Source: an uncultured Gemmataceae bacterium
Lineage (GTDB): Bacteria > Planctomycetota > Planctomycetia > Gemmatales > Gemmataceae
Direction of reading: 5' to 3'
Assembly (NCBI GenBank): GCA_963750165.1
Contig: CAVVPN010000003.1
Coordinates: 800,001 to 864,000 of the forward strand
Length of the DNA stretch: 64,000 nt
The position numbers and the translations under genes were made by a program. The notes beneath the pieces are model-generated. The model was not told where the DNA came from. It searched no databases and saw only the letters and a program-made list of their open reading frames with translations. Shown piece by piece: positions 30,901 through 42,115 of this stretch; the first letter of the stretch is position 1; each line of letters opens with the position of its first letter.

Positions 30901-32832
30901 ATGGGTGGCATGGGCATGATGGGCGGCATGGGCATGATGGGTGGCATGGGCATGATGGGCGGCATGATGGGCGGCATGGGTATGAACTGCCTGGGGTACA
31001 ACCAGTTCAATGGCGGCCTGGGCGTGCTCGGCAGCACCATGAATCAGGGCCTCATCCTGCTCATCCAGCAGGTGGTCGCCCCTGGTGAATGGGGCGCCCA
31101 GCGTTGTCAGACGCAGCCCTACGGTGGCATGGGCGGCATTGGCGGTATTGGTGGCATGCCAGGCATCGGTGGACTTCCGCCTGGTGGCATGCCGCCGACG
31201 CCGACTGCCCTGGGCGGCCCGGCGCAGGACATCCGCAAATCGAACACCATCGGCTTCTACGCGCCCTCGCTGGCGCTGGTGGTGCGCGGCACCTCGCACA
31301 TGCACACCAAGTTCACCGGCGGCGTCCTCGGCGGCAATCAGGAGCGCAAGGAGCCCAACATGGAACAGGTCATGCTCCAGCCCGGCATGGATAAGGTCGG
31401 ACCGCGTGACAAATTCGCCAAGGTCGCTGGCAACAAGGAGAAGGACCAGATCGCTCAGAACGTCAAGCCGGGGATGAAGGTGGCGGGCAACAAGGAGCTG
31501 GACGACCTGGACCCGCGGACGATCTGGCAGGAGGCGCTGGCGGGCGGGTTGGAGGAGCCCGGTCTGATCATCGCTGCCGCCGACTTCCTGGCCGAGCGCG
31601 GCCTGTTCCTGGACGTGGCCGAGTTGCTCAAGGCCAACCTGCGGCAGGGCATCCTTGTCCGTCCCTGGGTCTACGAGGCCCTCGCCCTGGCGCTGGAGGC
31701 CAGCGGCGGCAACCAGGAGGAAATCCGTCGTGTCCGCCTCTCCGGCGTGGCGCTCGACCCGCAGGACGCCGACGGCTTCCTCAAGGCGGCCCGCGCCATG
31801 AGTGAGCACAAGCAGTACGACCGAGCTTTGGCCTTCTGCCGCCAGGCGGCGCAGTTGCAGCCGAACAATCCGCACGCCTACGCCAACGCCCTGGCCTACG
31901 CCGAACTGGGCAAGGACAGTCAGGGCATGGAGTGGGCCGCCGGGAATCTGCTCAACCAGGAATGGCCGGTGGATAACCACACGCTGCAACTGCGGGCGCA
32001 GGCCAAGCTGGACGCCCTGGCCGGCGCCCTGGAGGCCGAGCAGCGCAAGACCGAGGCGGCGCGACTGCGGTCAGCGCTGCAGAAGCTGCGGCAGCGCGAT
32101 CTGGTGGTTCACCTGAGCTGGGAGGCGGGTGCGAGCGGGCCAGCCGGGCTGGAGTTGTCGGTCAAGGAGGCGGCGGGCACGGTCTGCTCGACGGACCACC
32201 GCATGAGCCCCGGCGGCGGCACCCTGGCTGGCGGCGGTCTGTCCGAGAAGAAGGTGTCTTACCTGGCGGCCCAGGCGTTCACTGGTGACTATGAGGTCAC
32301 GGTGCGCCGGCTGTGGGGCCAGCCGCTGGGCAACAAGGCTCGCCTGGAGATCATCCGCCATCTCGGCACCGACAAGGAGTCGCGCCAGATCGAGACGATC
32401 AGCCTGAACGAGCCGGTGGTGACGCTCAAGATCGACCTTGAGGGCGGCCGGCGGACCAGTCTGGCGGTGATCGCGCCGGTGCCCTTCCGGCGGCCCGATG
32501 CCAAAACGGCGGGCCAGAAGGGCATCTCCACGCTGGAGAAGCTGCGGGACATGGCGGACCCGTATTACACGGGCCAGACGGGCGGGCTGAGCGTCAGCAG
32601 CCGGCCGTCGGTGTTGACCCGCGAGGAGGCGTTCGGCACCAGCAAGAAGACGAGCAACGTGGTATACCAGACCGGCATCGCGTCACAGGGCGGCACTGGT
32701 CTGAACCTCAACGCTCAGGTCATCAGCACCGACCGCGGTCTGGGGCTGACCATCAACCCCGTCTTCCAGCGCGGCGCCTTCATCCCGCGCAACGGCTCGA
32801 CCCTGCCCGGCATCCCCGGCGGTGGCAACTGA
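27985..32832 (+). CDS. Large secreted protein: degenerate VWA, coiled-coil, secretin-N-like segment, Gly/Met tract, TPR
   Basis: Signal peptide; RDLLIMVSTDASQ, GDTDL; RVYPVGDLVIPI; YDRALAFCRQAA. Confidence 0.75.
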   Translation: MTRVRRLAALLAALAGIAVLSSAQSWGDNSKTKGPALLPRDAGKPVNLQAAPADIEVNKVQSRFAQAPVFTYRPLQGDAYFALQLKPELPAGPRRPRDLLIMVSTDASQAGPNWFASHDLTEALLKAAAPEDRVSLWTVSTPEEKFTTSLTKGFVPVKDSAKVFKAALTRLKEQFPAGDTDLKQALTRALNSFGGEAGRQRVLIYLGNGMSTHAPLTASDRNALSASMVARKVTFFPVPMGRHLHPDNLHGLATGSGGAVVRIELFQDQAADALKKLETTLTTPVLYPAEFTLSKEVTEFYPTKLPPLRGDQPTLVLGRMKAAEKLTWKVSGTVAGQPGAVTRTRTEAVPESEIDNYFLVNLAAQWARARGQYALFRGDRALVFAYTRDRLDRQELLAGGERALQENDLDAAAALFQQAKQLAPEDPQVRANVKILDNLKNGKLTRLQLLQQLDRGNRKAVKIVVKDGKLRMTRGELVAMNQAAVPPAQQGQPGIKGPKDEAAEQDLLKAQRDRALVAEQKLESNVEASLRQARKLLASDPDSAYEAIRAALVRVRDYPDLNDKLRDDLLRTLQNTLRDVTVQGTQVKLKQAERQQLEAKMIASQNAGMQAQAEQTRVEARFKVFRNMMNAARFERYTEEKVLQGLRDMQTEAIYKGQTPPLATQGAYAQVSANFNLQVASELKRRRELGFLAVMLEVEKSHVPYPDEPPIHFPPLATWEAIRKLRKEKYEVTGLPDDEKGRREAQAISKLLEEPIEMKDFQLPMTLKEALGLFYEKMAAKGLELPILVDTDAFKDGNQDAPDIYDTQVKFPPFPRRMALATALRMALSKIPTGNATYLIRRNFIEITTIERQTSERTLRVYPVGDLVIPISSRYNPFSMTGGGGMMGGGMMGMMGGMSMMGGMGMGMMNGMGMMGGMGMMGGGMGMMGGMGMRGGMGMMGGGMGMMGGGMGMMGGGMGMMGMGMMGGGMGMMGGMGMMGGMGMMGGMGMMGGMMGGMGMNCLGYNQFNGGLGVLGSTMNQGLILLIQQVVAPGEWGAQRCQTQPYGGMGGIGGIGGMPGIGGLPPGGMPPTPTALGGPAQDIRKSNTIGFYAPSLALVVRGTSHMHTKFTGGVLGGNQERKEPNMEQVMLQPGMDKVGPRDKFAKVAGNKEKDQIAQNVKPGMKVAGNKELDDLDPRTIWQEALAGGLEEPGLIIAAADFLAERGLFLDVAELLKANLRQGILVRPWVYEALALALEASGGNQEEIRRVRLSGVALDPQDADGFLKAARAMSEHKQYDRALAFCRQAAQLQPNNPHAYANALAYAELGKDSQGMEWAAGNLLNQEWPVDNHTLQLRAQAKLDALAGALEAEQRKTEAARLRSALQKLRQRDLVVHLSWEAGASGPAGLELSVKEAAGTVCSTDHRMSPGGGTLAGGGLSEKKVSYLAAQAFTGDYEVTVRRLWGQPLGNKARLEIIRHLGTDKESRQIETISLNEPVVTLKIDLEGGRRTSLAVIAPVPFRRPDAKTAGQKGISTLEKLRDMADPYYTGQTGGLSVSSRPSVLTREEAFGTSKKTSNVVYQTGIASQGGTGLNLNAQVISTDRGLGLTINPVFQRGAFIPRNGSTLPGIPGGGN
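30622..30984 (+). repeat. Coding low-complexity Gly/Met tandem repeat (GGMGMM)n
   Basis: Imperfect repeats of GGCATG/ATGGGC over ~360 nt. Confidence 0.95.
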
Positions 32833-32855
32833 GCCGTCAACGTAGTGTGAACCCG

Positions 32856-32892
32856 ACCGCCCCGGTGAAGGTTGCCTTCACCGGGGCGGTTC
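32856..32892. terminator. Hairpin between convergent genes
   Basis: ACCGCCCCGGTGAAGG-ttg-CCTTCACCGGGGCGGT. Confidence 0.55.
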
Positions 32893-33024
32893 AGTTGCTG
32901 CTGACCGATTTATCGGTTCGCGGTCGTGCTCGGAGCACCAACCTGAGGTGACCCCTCGGGACGAACGCGGGACCAATCCCCATAGCGTCTCACGCCGCGA
33001 CCCCGGCGGCAAGGTGACACGGTG

Positions 33025-33735
33025 TCACCGTGTCACCCCCACCCCAACCTGCTGGCACATCGCCAGCAGCGGACAGCTCGAGCACTTCGGCGCCCGGCCG
33101 GTACACACGTGCTTGCCGAATGGCACCAACAGCGCGTTGATCTCCACCCAGTATTTTTGTGGCAGCAGGTCCTGCAGCGCCGCCATCGTCTTTTCCGGCG
33201 TCGTCGTCCGCACCAGGCCCCAGCGGTTGGTGACGCGGTGGACATGCACATCCACACCGATGAGAGCCTGGCCGCAGGCAATGCCGAGCGCCAGATTGGC
33301 ACACTTCGGCCCGACGCCGCGGAACGATTGCAGCACGTCCGCGTCGCACGGCAGCTCGCCGCCAAACTCCTCCGCCGTGCGCCGGGCGATGTCGTGAATC
33401 TGCCGGGCCTTCGGTTCGTGAAAGGTACACGCTCCGATCAATGCGTCGATCTGGTCGGCCGACAGCGCTGCCAGCGCCGCCGGCGTCCGCGCCCGGGCGA
33501 ACAGCCGGTGGGCAACCGGCAGCGTCGTCTCATCGCGGGTGCGGATGGAGAGGATGCACGCCACCAGCAGTTCGAAGACGGTCGTGTGGCCCTCCAGCGC
33601 CAGTTCGAACAGGGCCGTGCGCGGAAACGGGGCCACCGCCACGCGCAGCTGCCGCACTGCCTCGTCCACGTCGAACGGCTGCTTCGCGGCGCCGGCCGGC
33701 ACCACCTGCACTCGCGGCCGCTTCACATTTCCCAT
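33025..33735 (-). CDS. nth: Endonuclease III (HhH-GPD, 4Fe-4S)
   Basis: ILSIRTRDE, GVGPKCA, VDVHVHRV, C-x6-C-x2-C-x5-C. Confidence 0.9.
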   Translation of the reverse strand: MGNVKRPRVQVVPAGAAKQPFDVDEAVRQLRVAVAPFPRTALFELALEGHTTVFELLVACILSIRTRDETTLPVAHRLFARARTPAALAALSADQIDALIGACTFHEPKARQIHDIARRTAEEFGGELPCDADVLQSFRGVGPKCANLALGIACGQALIGVDVHVHRVTNRWGLVRTTTPEKTMAALQDLLPQKYWVEINALLVPFGKHVCTGRAPKCSSCPLLAMCQQVGVGVTR

Positions 33736-33956
33736 GACAACTCTCAATTGTCGATTTTTGGTCCAGATTTTGCCTGGAAGAAAACCCCCAGTGCAACATC
33801 AAGACCACACCCGCCCTTTGTGGCCGCCTCCCGGAGTCAGACACGCTGCGGCTGCGCACTTCCATGCGGGCCGCCAGGAGCGGCGTTGCGCAAGGAACGC
33901 GGCCACTGCCTCACGTCCGCGAAGGCGACGTGCTGGGCGCAGCCCTCAACCCTGGC

Positions 33957-34693
33957 TTATGGTGTCGGGCTTGGTGGCCACCATGGCTTGCATGCGCGCA
34001 GGTGCGAGTCCACGAACAGCACGTTCGGGATCAGGATTTCTTCGCGCGCGCGCCCGTGGTGACGATGTGCATGTCGCCCGAGCCCAGGCCGAGGAGCCAG
34101 TGGCGAAACAGATCCTGCTGCTCTTTCTCGAAGACCATGCCGCGCGTGTCGAAACTCCGCTCGCCGCCGCCGATCAGGACCGTGTGCGTGAGTTGCCCGG
34201 CCTGCAGCCGCCAGTAACTCAGGCGGTCGAAGAAGAACACCGTCAGAAACCAGGCGATGAACAGCGCCGCTGAGAAGGAGACGTAGAACCCAAGGTTGAT
34301 GTAGCCCGCCAGGTGGGGCATCAGGTTCAGGATGTGGGTCCACCAGCCCAGGTAGGCGAACAGGACCGTGAGGAACATGGCCGCCAGCACCACGATGACT
34401 GAAGCCAGGCCGCGCACCGTCGTGTTGGTAATCAGGATGACCAGGAACAGCACCACTCCGAACACCACGCCGAGATCCTTGCTCGGGTGTATGTGTACTT
34501 CCACGTTCGACTCCGGGAAGGTGACCTTGTTGCCGTCCAGGAGCGTAATCAGCGCCAGGATGAAGCCGACCACCCAGACCGGCCACCAGTAAAAGAGCAT
34601 CGAATGGCTGTAGATGCGCAGTTCCCTCCCACTGAGGTCATTCGCGCGTTCTTCCAGTTGTTCGGGCGTGATTTCGGTGTTGGGGCCGGCCAT
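33957..34693 (-). CDS. Hypothetical membrane protein (probable frameshift ~34045; true 3' end uncertain)
   Basis: YSHSMLFYWWPVW, ~4 TM segments, DLFRHWLLGLGSGD; continues as EEILIPNVLFV in another frame. Confidence 0.7.
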
Positions 34694-34776
34694 GATGGCT
34701 CTCCTTCAAGGAGCGAAGTTCCAGTACAATGGGCGGCCCGTCCAGGCTCCGCAGTGCCGGGCGCCAGGATAGGGAA

Positions 34777-34791
34777 GCAACGGCCGTGCCA
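34777..34791 (-). promoter_or_regulatory. sigma-54 -24/-12 promoter motif
   Basis: TGGCAC-GGCCG-TTGC, ~85 nt upstream of the ATG at 34693. Confidence 0.7.
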
Positions 34792-34844
34792 ATCGCGACA
34801 CTGGCCACATCCCGGGGCAGACGTGGCTTTTCTCGGGTGCCCCC

Positions 34845-37800
34845 TCATGTGCCGGGGGAAACCGCCGCCGGCGGCGCGGCAAGAGCGCCCGGTTCGACCT
34901 TGCCGGAGGTTGGCGGCGAGAGCGCCGGCGGCGGAGCCCTCAAGCGCTTCACTTCCGCATGGAGCACTTCCAGCACCGCACGCACTTCCGCCTCCTCCTC
35001 GGCCTGAACCCGTTCAACCACCACCGCCGCGAAGGACAACATGCTGTCGCCGAGCGTGCTGAGCAACTCGGCCCCCTGGCGGCGCAGCTTCGGCAGCGGG
35101 TCCGCCAGCGCCGCGGCCACCACCGCGGCGGCCGCTGTGTTATCCGGCTCGCTCAGCAGCAGCGCGTGGGCCGCCTCCAACCGCACCTGGAAGTTGGGGT
35201 CCTGCACCAGCCGCTGGCACACCTCGCGCCGACCCTCGTAGTGCAGCGCCTTCAGGGCACGCACGGCGTTCAAGCGCACCGCGTCGTCCGAGCGCGTCGT
35301 ACACTCGGCCAGCAGCGGCCCCGCCGCGGCCGGCATCTCGGCCAGCCGCAGCAGCACCTGGGCGACGTTGGCCCGCACGCGGTCCTCGGGATCCTTCAGG
35401 CCCTCGAGCATCACCGGGGCCGCCTCCGGCGGCAGCGCCGGCGCCTCCATCAGGCCCGCGGACGCCACCTTGCGCAGGTCGGCGTCCGGGTCAGCCATGC
35501 CGGCCAGAAACGCGGCCAGTCCCTCCGGCGGCTGGATCTTGACAAGCGCCCGCAGGGCCTGCTCGCGCACCGGCCCCTCGCTCGACTGGAAGGCACGGAG
35601 CAGCGCCGCCCCCGCCGCAGCCGCAGCCGATCCCAGCCTGCCCAGCGCCTGGGCCGCGACGACCTGCACCTCTTCTGTGTCATCCTCCAGCAGTTTGCCC
35701 AACTCCTCCAGCACCGCGGGCGTCGCCCCGGCCACCTCCGGTAGCGCTCGCGCCGCCTCGATCTTCACCTGGTCGTTGGCGTCACCCAGCGCCGCCAGCA
35801 GGTCGCCCACCGCCTCCGGATCCTTGCCCAGCGCCCGCACCGCGGCGGCCCGCACCTGCGGGTCGGGCTGGCGCAGGAATGCCCGGGCGACCGCGCGCAC
35901 GCGCCCGGCGGGCGCCTCCAGTTCCACCAGCGTCAACAGCGCCTGACTGCGCTCCGGACCGTCCGCGTTGCACGCCGCCGCTTCCAGCGCGGCAAGCACT
36001 GTCTCGCCAGCATCGCCCAGCCGGCCCAGCGCCCACGCCGCCGCGGCACGCACCTCCGGGTTGACGTGCGCCAGTGCCTGGACCAGTCCAGACGCCGCCG
36101 GCCGCGCCGCCGGCCCGACCTCGCCCAGGGCGTGCGCCGCCAGGGCGTTGATGTGATTGTCCGGGTCGTCCAGTAGTCGGCCGAGCGCCGGCACCGCCTC
36201 TGCCGCGGCCGGCCCCATCTTGCCCAGCGCCTCCGCCGCCCGCGCTCGCACCCGATCGCTGGGGTCGGCCAGCGCCTGCACCAGCGCCGGGATCGACTCC
36301 GCCGCGGACGCCCCGATGGCGCCCAGCACCTCCGCCGTCTGAGCCCGCACCAGGTTGTCCGCGCTGGCCAGCCCCTCCGTCAGCCGCGACTCCGTGCCCT
36401 CCACCGGGCCGATCTGCTTGATCGCCTCGGCCACCGCCTGACGCACCACCTTCTCGCGATCCTGCATCAGTTCCACCAGCCGCGGCAGGGCCGGCCGGGC
36501 TTCGGCGCCCAGGGCGCCCAGCGCCAGCGCTGCCGCCGACCGCACCGCGGCGCTGGCGTCGTCCAGCAGCGGCCGCAGCCCTTGCAACCGGGCCGCCGGG
36601 TCGCCGCCGACCTTGCCCAGCGTTTCCGCCGCGCAGATGCGCACCGATTCGTCAGCGTCCGCCAGCAGGCCCACCAGTTCCGGCACCGCCGTGGCGGCCG
36701 CGGCACCGAACTCGGCCAGCGCAGCGACCGCCCGGGCGCGCACCTCCGCCGCCGGGTCGGCCAGCAACAGCCGCAGCGCCGCCACCACCGCCGCCACCGG
36801 GTTCTGCTCGCGCAACCGCAGCAGCCAGCGCTTCCACTGAAGCGCCAACCCCACCCAGCGCCGCGACTCCCGCAGTGCCCGGCGGAGCTGCCATTGTTTG
36901 CGGATCGCCCGCGTGCCGGGGCTGGCCAGCGTCGCCAGTGCCTCGACCAGGCTCTGCCGTACCAGCGGGCTCGGGTCCTGCGCCAGCCGGGCCAGCGCCG
37001 GCAACGCGTCCAGGGTGTGCAGCTGCCCCAGGGCCGCGGCCGCCACCGCCCGCGCCGACTCCTCCGGCCGGCGCAACTCGCGGACCAGCAACGGCACCGC
37101 CGCCGGCCCCATGTTGGCCAGCACCGTCGCCACCTCCTCGCGCTGCGTCGGCGTTGGCACTCCGGCGCCGCCCAGCGAGCGCAACAGCGGCACCACCGCG
37201 TTGGCCCCGAACGACGCCAGCGCCAGGCCAGCCCGCTCGTGGATCGGTGCGTGGGGGCTCCAGTAATCACGGATCGTCTCACCAAGGTCCTTCGAGCGCC
37301 GCACCGCCGCGAACACCTGTTGCAGCAGCACCAGCGTGAAGAAGCTGCGGAACAGCACGAGCAGCGCCTTCGCCGGCCATTGCGCCTGGTGGACGTAGGT
37401 GAGATGGACGACGTTAAACGTGTTAATCACGTTGAGCAGGTCGGCTACCTGGAGCAGGTTGATGAGCGTGTACGCCAGGAAATCGGGGTAATTCGGCCCC
37501 TCTTGAGTCCATTCCAGGAGCAGGCCGCGCAGCGTCCACGGGCTGGCCTCCACGGTCAGCGTGTACCAGGAGCGGCCGACCGTGTGGTACAGCCCCTGGT
37601 TGAGCAGGGCGAAACCGCTGATGACCGCCAGGGTCGCCACCACCATCAACGGGATGCCGGCGCGATGGCCGTAACGCACCAGGTTGGTGGCCAGCTCCTG
37701 GCCCTTGACAGGGTTGTGCAGCGCCTTGTAGCCGCGGCGCACGTCCACGCGCTCCAGGTCGATGTAGATGTAGGCCATGCAGGTCACGACCCCCAGGAAG

Positions 37801-38105
37801 ATCAGGACCAGGCCGCAGAAGACGGCGCGGACGGGATTCTGCGTGCCGTCGAACCAGGCCAGGTAGTGCAGCGCCGCCACCAGCGCCAGGAACATCGGCC
37901 AGGGCGCCCAGGACAGCAGCCGTCGCCACAGGGCGAACCCCGTCTTCAGGGCGGTCTGCATCCCCCGGCTCGCCAGCCGCACGGCGCCGCCGAGCAGCCC
38001 CACCTGATAGGCGAGGCCGGCCAGCACCAGGACGCCAGCGAACCCGCCCAGCAGTGTCGTCGTCGAGCCCAGCGTGTCCAGCGCGATCAGCGCGGCGGCG
38101 AACAT
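34845..38105 (-). CDS. Membrane-anchored HEAT-repeat protein
   Basis: N-terminal multi-TM region followed by many L.D....VR..AA.ALG repeats. Confidence 0.85.
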   Translation of the reverse strand: MFAAALIALDTLGSTTTLLGGFAGVLVLAGLAYQVGLLGGAVRLASRGMQTALKTGFALWRRLLSWAPWPMFLALVAALHYLAWFDGTQNPVRAVFCGLVLIFLGVVTCMAYIYIDLERVDVRRGYKALHNPVKGQELATNLVRYGHRAGIPLMVVATLAVISGFALLNQGLYHTVGRSWYTLTVEASPWTLRGLLLEWTQEGPNYPDFLAYTLINLLQVADLLNVINTFNVVHLTYVHQAQWPAKALLVLFRSFFTLVLLQQVFAAVRRSKDLGETIRDYWSPHAPIHERAGLALASFGANAVVPLLRSLGGAGVPTPTQREEVATVLANMGPAAVPLLVRELRRPEESARAVAAAALGQLHTLDALPALARLAQDPSPLVRQSLVEALATLASPGTRAIRKQWQLRRALRESRRWVGLALQWKRWLLRLREQNPVAAVVAALRLLLADPAAEVRARAVAALAEFGAAAATAVPELVGLLADADESVRICAAETLGKVGGDPAARLQGLRPLLDDASAAVRSAAALALGALGAEARPALPRLVELMQDREKVVRQAVAEAIKQIGPVEGTESRLTEGLASADNLVRAQTAEVLGAIGASAAESIPALVQALADPSDRVRARAAEALGKMGPAAAEAVPALGRLLDDPDNHINALAAHALGEVGPAARPAASGLVQALAHVNPEVRAAAAWALGRLGDAGETVLAALEAAACNADGPERSQALLTLVELEAPAGRVRAVARAFLRQPDPQVRAAAVRALGKDPEAVGDLLAALGDANDQVKIEAARALPEVAGATPAVLEELGKLLEDDTEEVQVVAAQALGRLGSAAAAAGAALLRAFQSSEGPVREQALRALVKIQPPEGLAAFLAGMADPDADLRKVASAGLMEAPALPPEAAPVMLEGLKDPEDRVRANVAQVLLRLAEMPAAAGPLLAECTTRSDDAVRLNAVRALKALHYEGRREVCQRLVQDPNFQVRLEAAHALLLSEPDNTAAAAVVAAALADPLPKLRRQGAELLSTLGDSMLSFAAVVVERVQAEEEAEVRAVLEVLHAEVKRLRAPPPALSPPTSGKVEPGALAAPPAAVSPGT

Positions 38106-38277
38106 GATTGCTCCGTGTTGGATTCGGGGGAAAGCCGGGAAGCAAAGCGGCACAGGCCCCTTGACCTGTGCCGCTCGTGATGTCTGTAGAAGGCTGCGGC
38201 GAGCGGCGCGGCGTCAGCCCGCCGGTGTTTGAAAGTATCGGCGGGCTGACGCCGCGCCGCTCGCCACGCACGACGAG

Positions 38278-38751
38278 TTAGCTGCCCGCCACCTGGTTGT
38301 TCGAGCCCAGCGCCAACTGGCCGGCGGCGCCGACACCGGCGGCGGGCGCGACCGCCACCGGGGCGGGCTGGCTGGCCGGCGTCTGGTTGGTGGCTACCTG
38401 ATTGGTGGGCGCCTGGCCGGGCGGAAGCTGGTTCGCGGCCACTGGATTGGCAGCCGCCTGCGGCGTGGGAGCTGGGGCCACATTGGGCTGGGCGGTGACG
38501 ACGGCCGGCGGCGTCGCCTCGGCTTGCCGGGTTACACGGCCGATCTGGCCAATCCCCAGGCCGATGACCAACAGGGCCAGGCCCGTCGCCATGAAGCCCG
38601 TGATCCAGTAATACGGCACCGGGTCGTTGTCGGTCGCGTTCTGGGAGCGGTACGCCCAGTACACCCCTGTCCAGACCATCATCAGGATGCCCACCGTAAT
38701 GTACGTCAGGGCCGTTTTCGCGGGCGAAGAGGTCGGTCGCACAAATTGCAT
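38278..38751 (-). CDS. Small 2-TM protein with Pro/Ala/Gln-rich tail
   Basis: Two hydrophobic helices, then low-complexity C-terminus. Confidence 0.7.
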   Translation of the reverse strand: MQFVRPTSSPAKTALTYITVGILMMVWTGVYWAYRSQNATDNDPVPYYWITGFMATGLALLVIGLGIGQIGRVTRQAEATPPAVVTAQPNVAPAPTPQAAANPVAANQLPPGQAPTNQVATNQTPASQPAPVAVAPAAGVGAAGQLALGSNNQVAGS

Positions 38752-38840
38752 GACATGGTCTCCCTTCACGTCAAAATGTCAAACTTCGTTTATGTCAAAC
38801 TCCGGAACGGCGGAGGCTCAGGACTTCGCCCTCCCAAATT

Positions 38841-38855
38841 GCAAACGGAGTGCCG
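38841..38855 (-). promoter_or_regulatory. sigma-54 -24/-12 promoter motif
   Basis: CGGCAC-TCCGT-TTGCA upstream of 38751. Confidence 0.7.
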
Positions 38856-39203
38856 GTTGCCATCTCGGGCCTGAACTTTGTCACCGCAGCGTAGACGCCC
38901 CATTGTTCAATTCGCTGCGCAATTTGCTGGACACGGACGCCCGCATTCCCGAACAATTGAAGCAAACAACAACCGGCTGCGTCCCGCGCCGCGCCCTGCG
39001 GAAAAACAGCTGGAAGCCAACTTCCCAAAATCGGACGAGGCGGTTCTCGAACCCAGGGCCGGTCGCGCCGCGGCCGTGGGCCGTTCTGGAAGTCCAGATT
39101 GTCCTCCTCCCGGTCGGGCGGAAAACGGTATCATGGTTATCGCCTGCCGCGGGGTTGGTCCGCGGCGTCGCAACCTGTGTGTGTGTGAGCGGAAGGGGGC
39201 GCG

Positions 39204-39971
39204 ATGAGCCAGGAAGCCCAACCGGTGCCCGCAGGGGCTGCGCTGGAAGACTTGCGGCGGCTGGCCGACGCCGGGGAGATCGCCGGCCCGCTGGCCCACG
39301 AAGTCAACAACTTCCTGAACGTCCTGGTGCTGAACGTGGCGGTGCTGGAGCAGGTGATGCCCGAGGCGCAGCGCGGCGAACTGCAGCAGATCCGCCGTCA
39401 GGGCGTGGCCGTCGCGGAGCTGGTGCGTCAGTTCCAGCTGTGCCGGCGGCGGCCGCCACTGCCGCTCGAACCGCTCGACCTGCACCAGATACTGCACGAG
39501 GTGCTGTCGGCCCTGGCCGCCGCGGCGCCGGAGTTGGGCCAGGCGCCGCCGATCCATGTCGTCAGGCCGGGTGGCCCCGCCGCCGCGCCGGGCACGGTGC
39601 CGGTCGTCCTGGAGCTGGCGGCAGACCTGCCGCCGGTGCTCGGGCTGGCGGCGGACCTGCGGCGGCTGCTGTCCTTCTTGCTGGCGAACGCCGCGGCCGC
39701 GTCGGCGCGGATCGACGGCCGGGTGCGGGTGCGCACCGGGCGCGGTGCGAACGGCGTGCTGCTGCGGGTGGAGGACGGCGGCCCGCTGGTGGACGTGGAT
39801 CGGCTGGCGCACTTCTTCGATGCGTCGGTGCCAGCGCGGGAGGGGGTGAACCGGCTGGAGCTGGCGGCGTGCAAGGCGCTCGCGCGGCGGTTGCAGGGCA
39901 AGATCGAAGCCCAGCCGTGTTTGGAGGCGGGGGCCGCCGTCGTGGTCGAGTTGAAGACTGCCGGAGGATGA
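39204..39971 (+). CDS. Sensorless histidine-kinase-like protein with degenerate ATP-binding boxes
   Basis: H-box LAHEVNN, N-box LLANA, G1 EDGGP; G2 box replaced by NRLEL. Confidence 0.75.
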   Translation: MSQEAQPVPAGAALEDLRRLADAGEIAGPLAHEVNNFLNVLVLNVAVLEQVMPEAQRGELQQIRRQGVAVAELVRQFQLCRRRPPLPLEPLDLHQILHEVLSALAAAAPELGQAPPIHVVRPGGPAAAPGTVPVVLELAADLPPVLGLAADLRRLLSFLLANAAAASARIDGRVRVRTGRGANGVLLRVEDGGPLVDVDRLAHFFDASVPAREGVNRLELAACKALARRLQGKIEAQPCLEAGAAVVVELKTAGG

Positions 39972-40052
39972 GGGATGACTGGGTGACTGGGTGAGGGGGT
40001 GAGAGAATGTTGTCTTTCACCCCCTCACCCAGTCACCCAGTCACCCTCATCC

Positions 40053-41537
<1,485 letters not shown>

Positions 41538-41988
41538 CGCTGGTCTCCGTTGCTGGTGAATAGGGCCGACCCCGACCGCTTCTCCACGGCTGTCGGTCCC
41601 TCGCCCCGGACAGATTTCCTGCGTCCGGCGGTGAGCAACTAGCTTCTCGTTTTTGTTATAACCAGTGCGCAACTGCGCCCGGTTTGTCGGACCCACTGCC
41701 AGCTGCTAGCGGCGGTGGGGCCAGTGCCGTTGGACACGGTAAGAAAACTCGGAAGCTAGCAAAATCCCCGATGTTTTCCTGGGAAAAGAAGACCATTCGC
41801 TAGTCTTCGCTGCCCGGCGGACAGTTCGGCAAGAATCGGCAATGACTGGAATCAAACCCCTCTCCATCAATGTTATGAGAGATTGAATTGAGCAATTTCC
41901 AGGCCAATTGCGGGCAAGGCTGGTGTCAAGAAATGTTCAGGAGCATGCCTCCCGCTTCGGGAAGCGGTGCGCCGGCCGCGGGACTGGT

Positions 41989-42004
41989 TGGCACACTTCT
42001 TGCA
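41989..42004 (+). promoter_or_regulatory. sigma-54 -24/-12 promoter motif
   Basis: TGGCAC-ACTTC-TTGCA, full consensus, divergent from the NtrC-like gene. Confidence 0.8.
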
Positions 42005-42115
42005 CCCTGAACCCTCGCACTCACAGGAATCGGGCTTGCCTTCTGCGTGGATCCGCTCCAGTGGTTGGGGCGACGTTTGAACCGAGGGCGACCCCTGGAG
42101 AAGGAGGGAGAAATC

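Noticed and set aside
30622..30984. Tandem repeat as a possible CRISPR array
   Set aside because: No unique spacers, in frame within a CDS, and no cas genes in the window
27763..31989. 1408-aa minus-strand ORF with a His/Ala tract, and the (PIMPMP)n ORF at 30606-31040
   Set aside because: Antisense shadows of the Gly/Met repeat in the real plus-strand gene
33793..33807. Weak sigma-54-like motif TGGTCT-N5-TTGCA upstream of nth
   Set aside because: Spacing is right but the -24 box is poor; not counted among the nine
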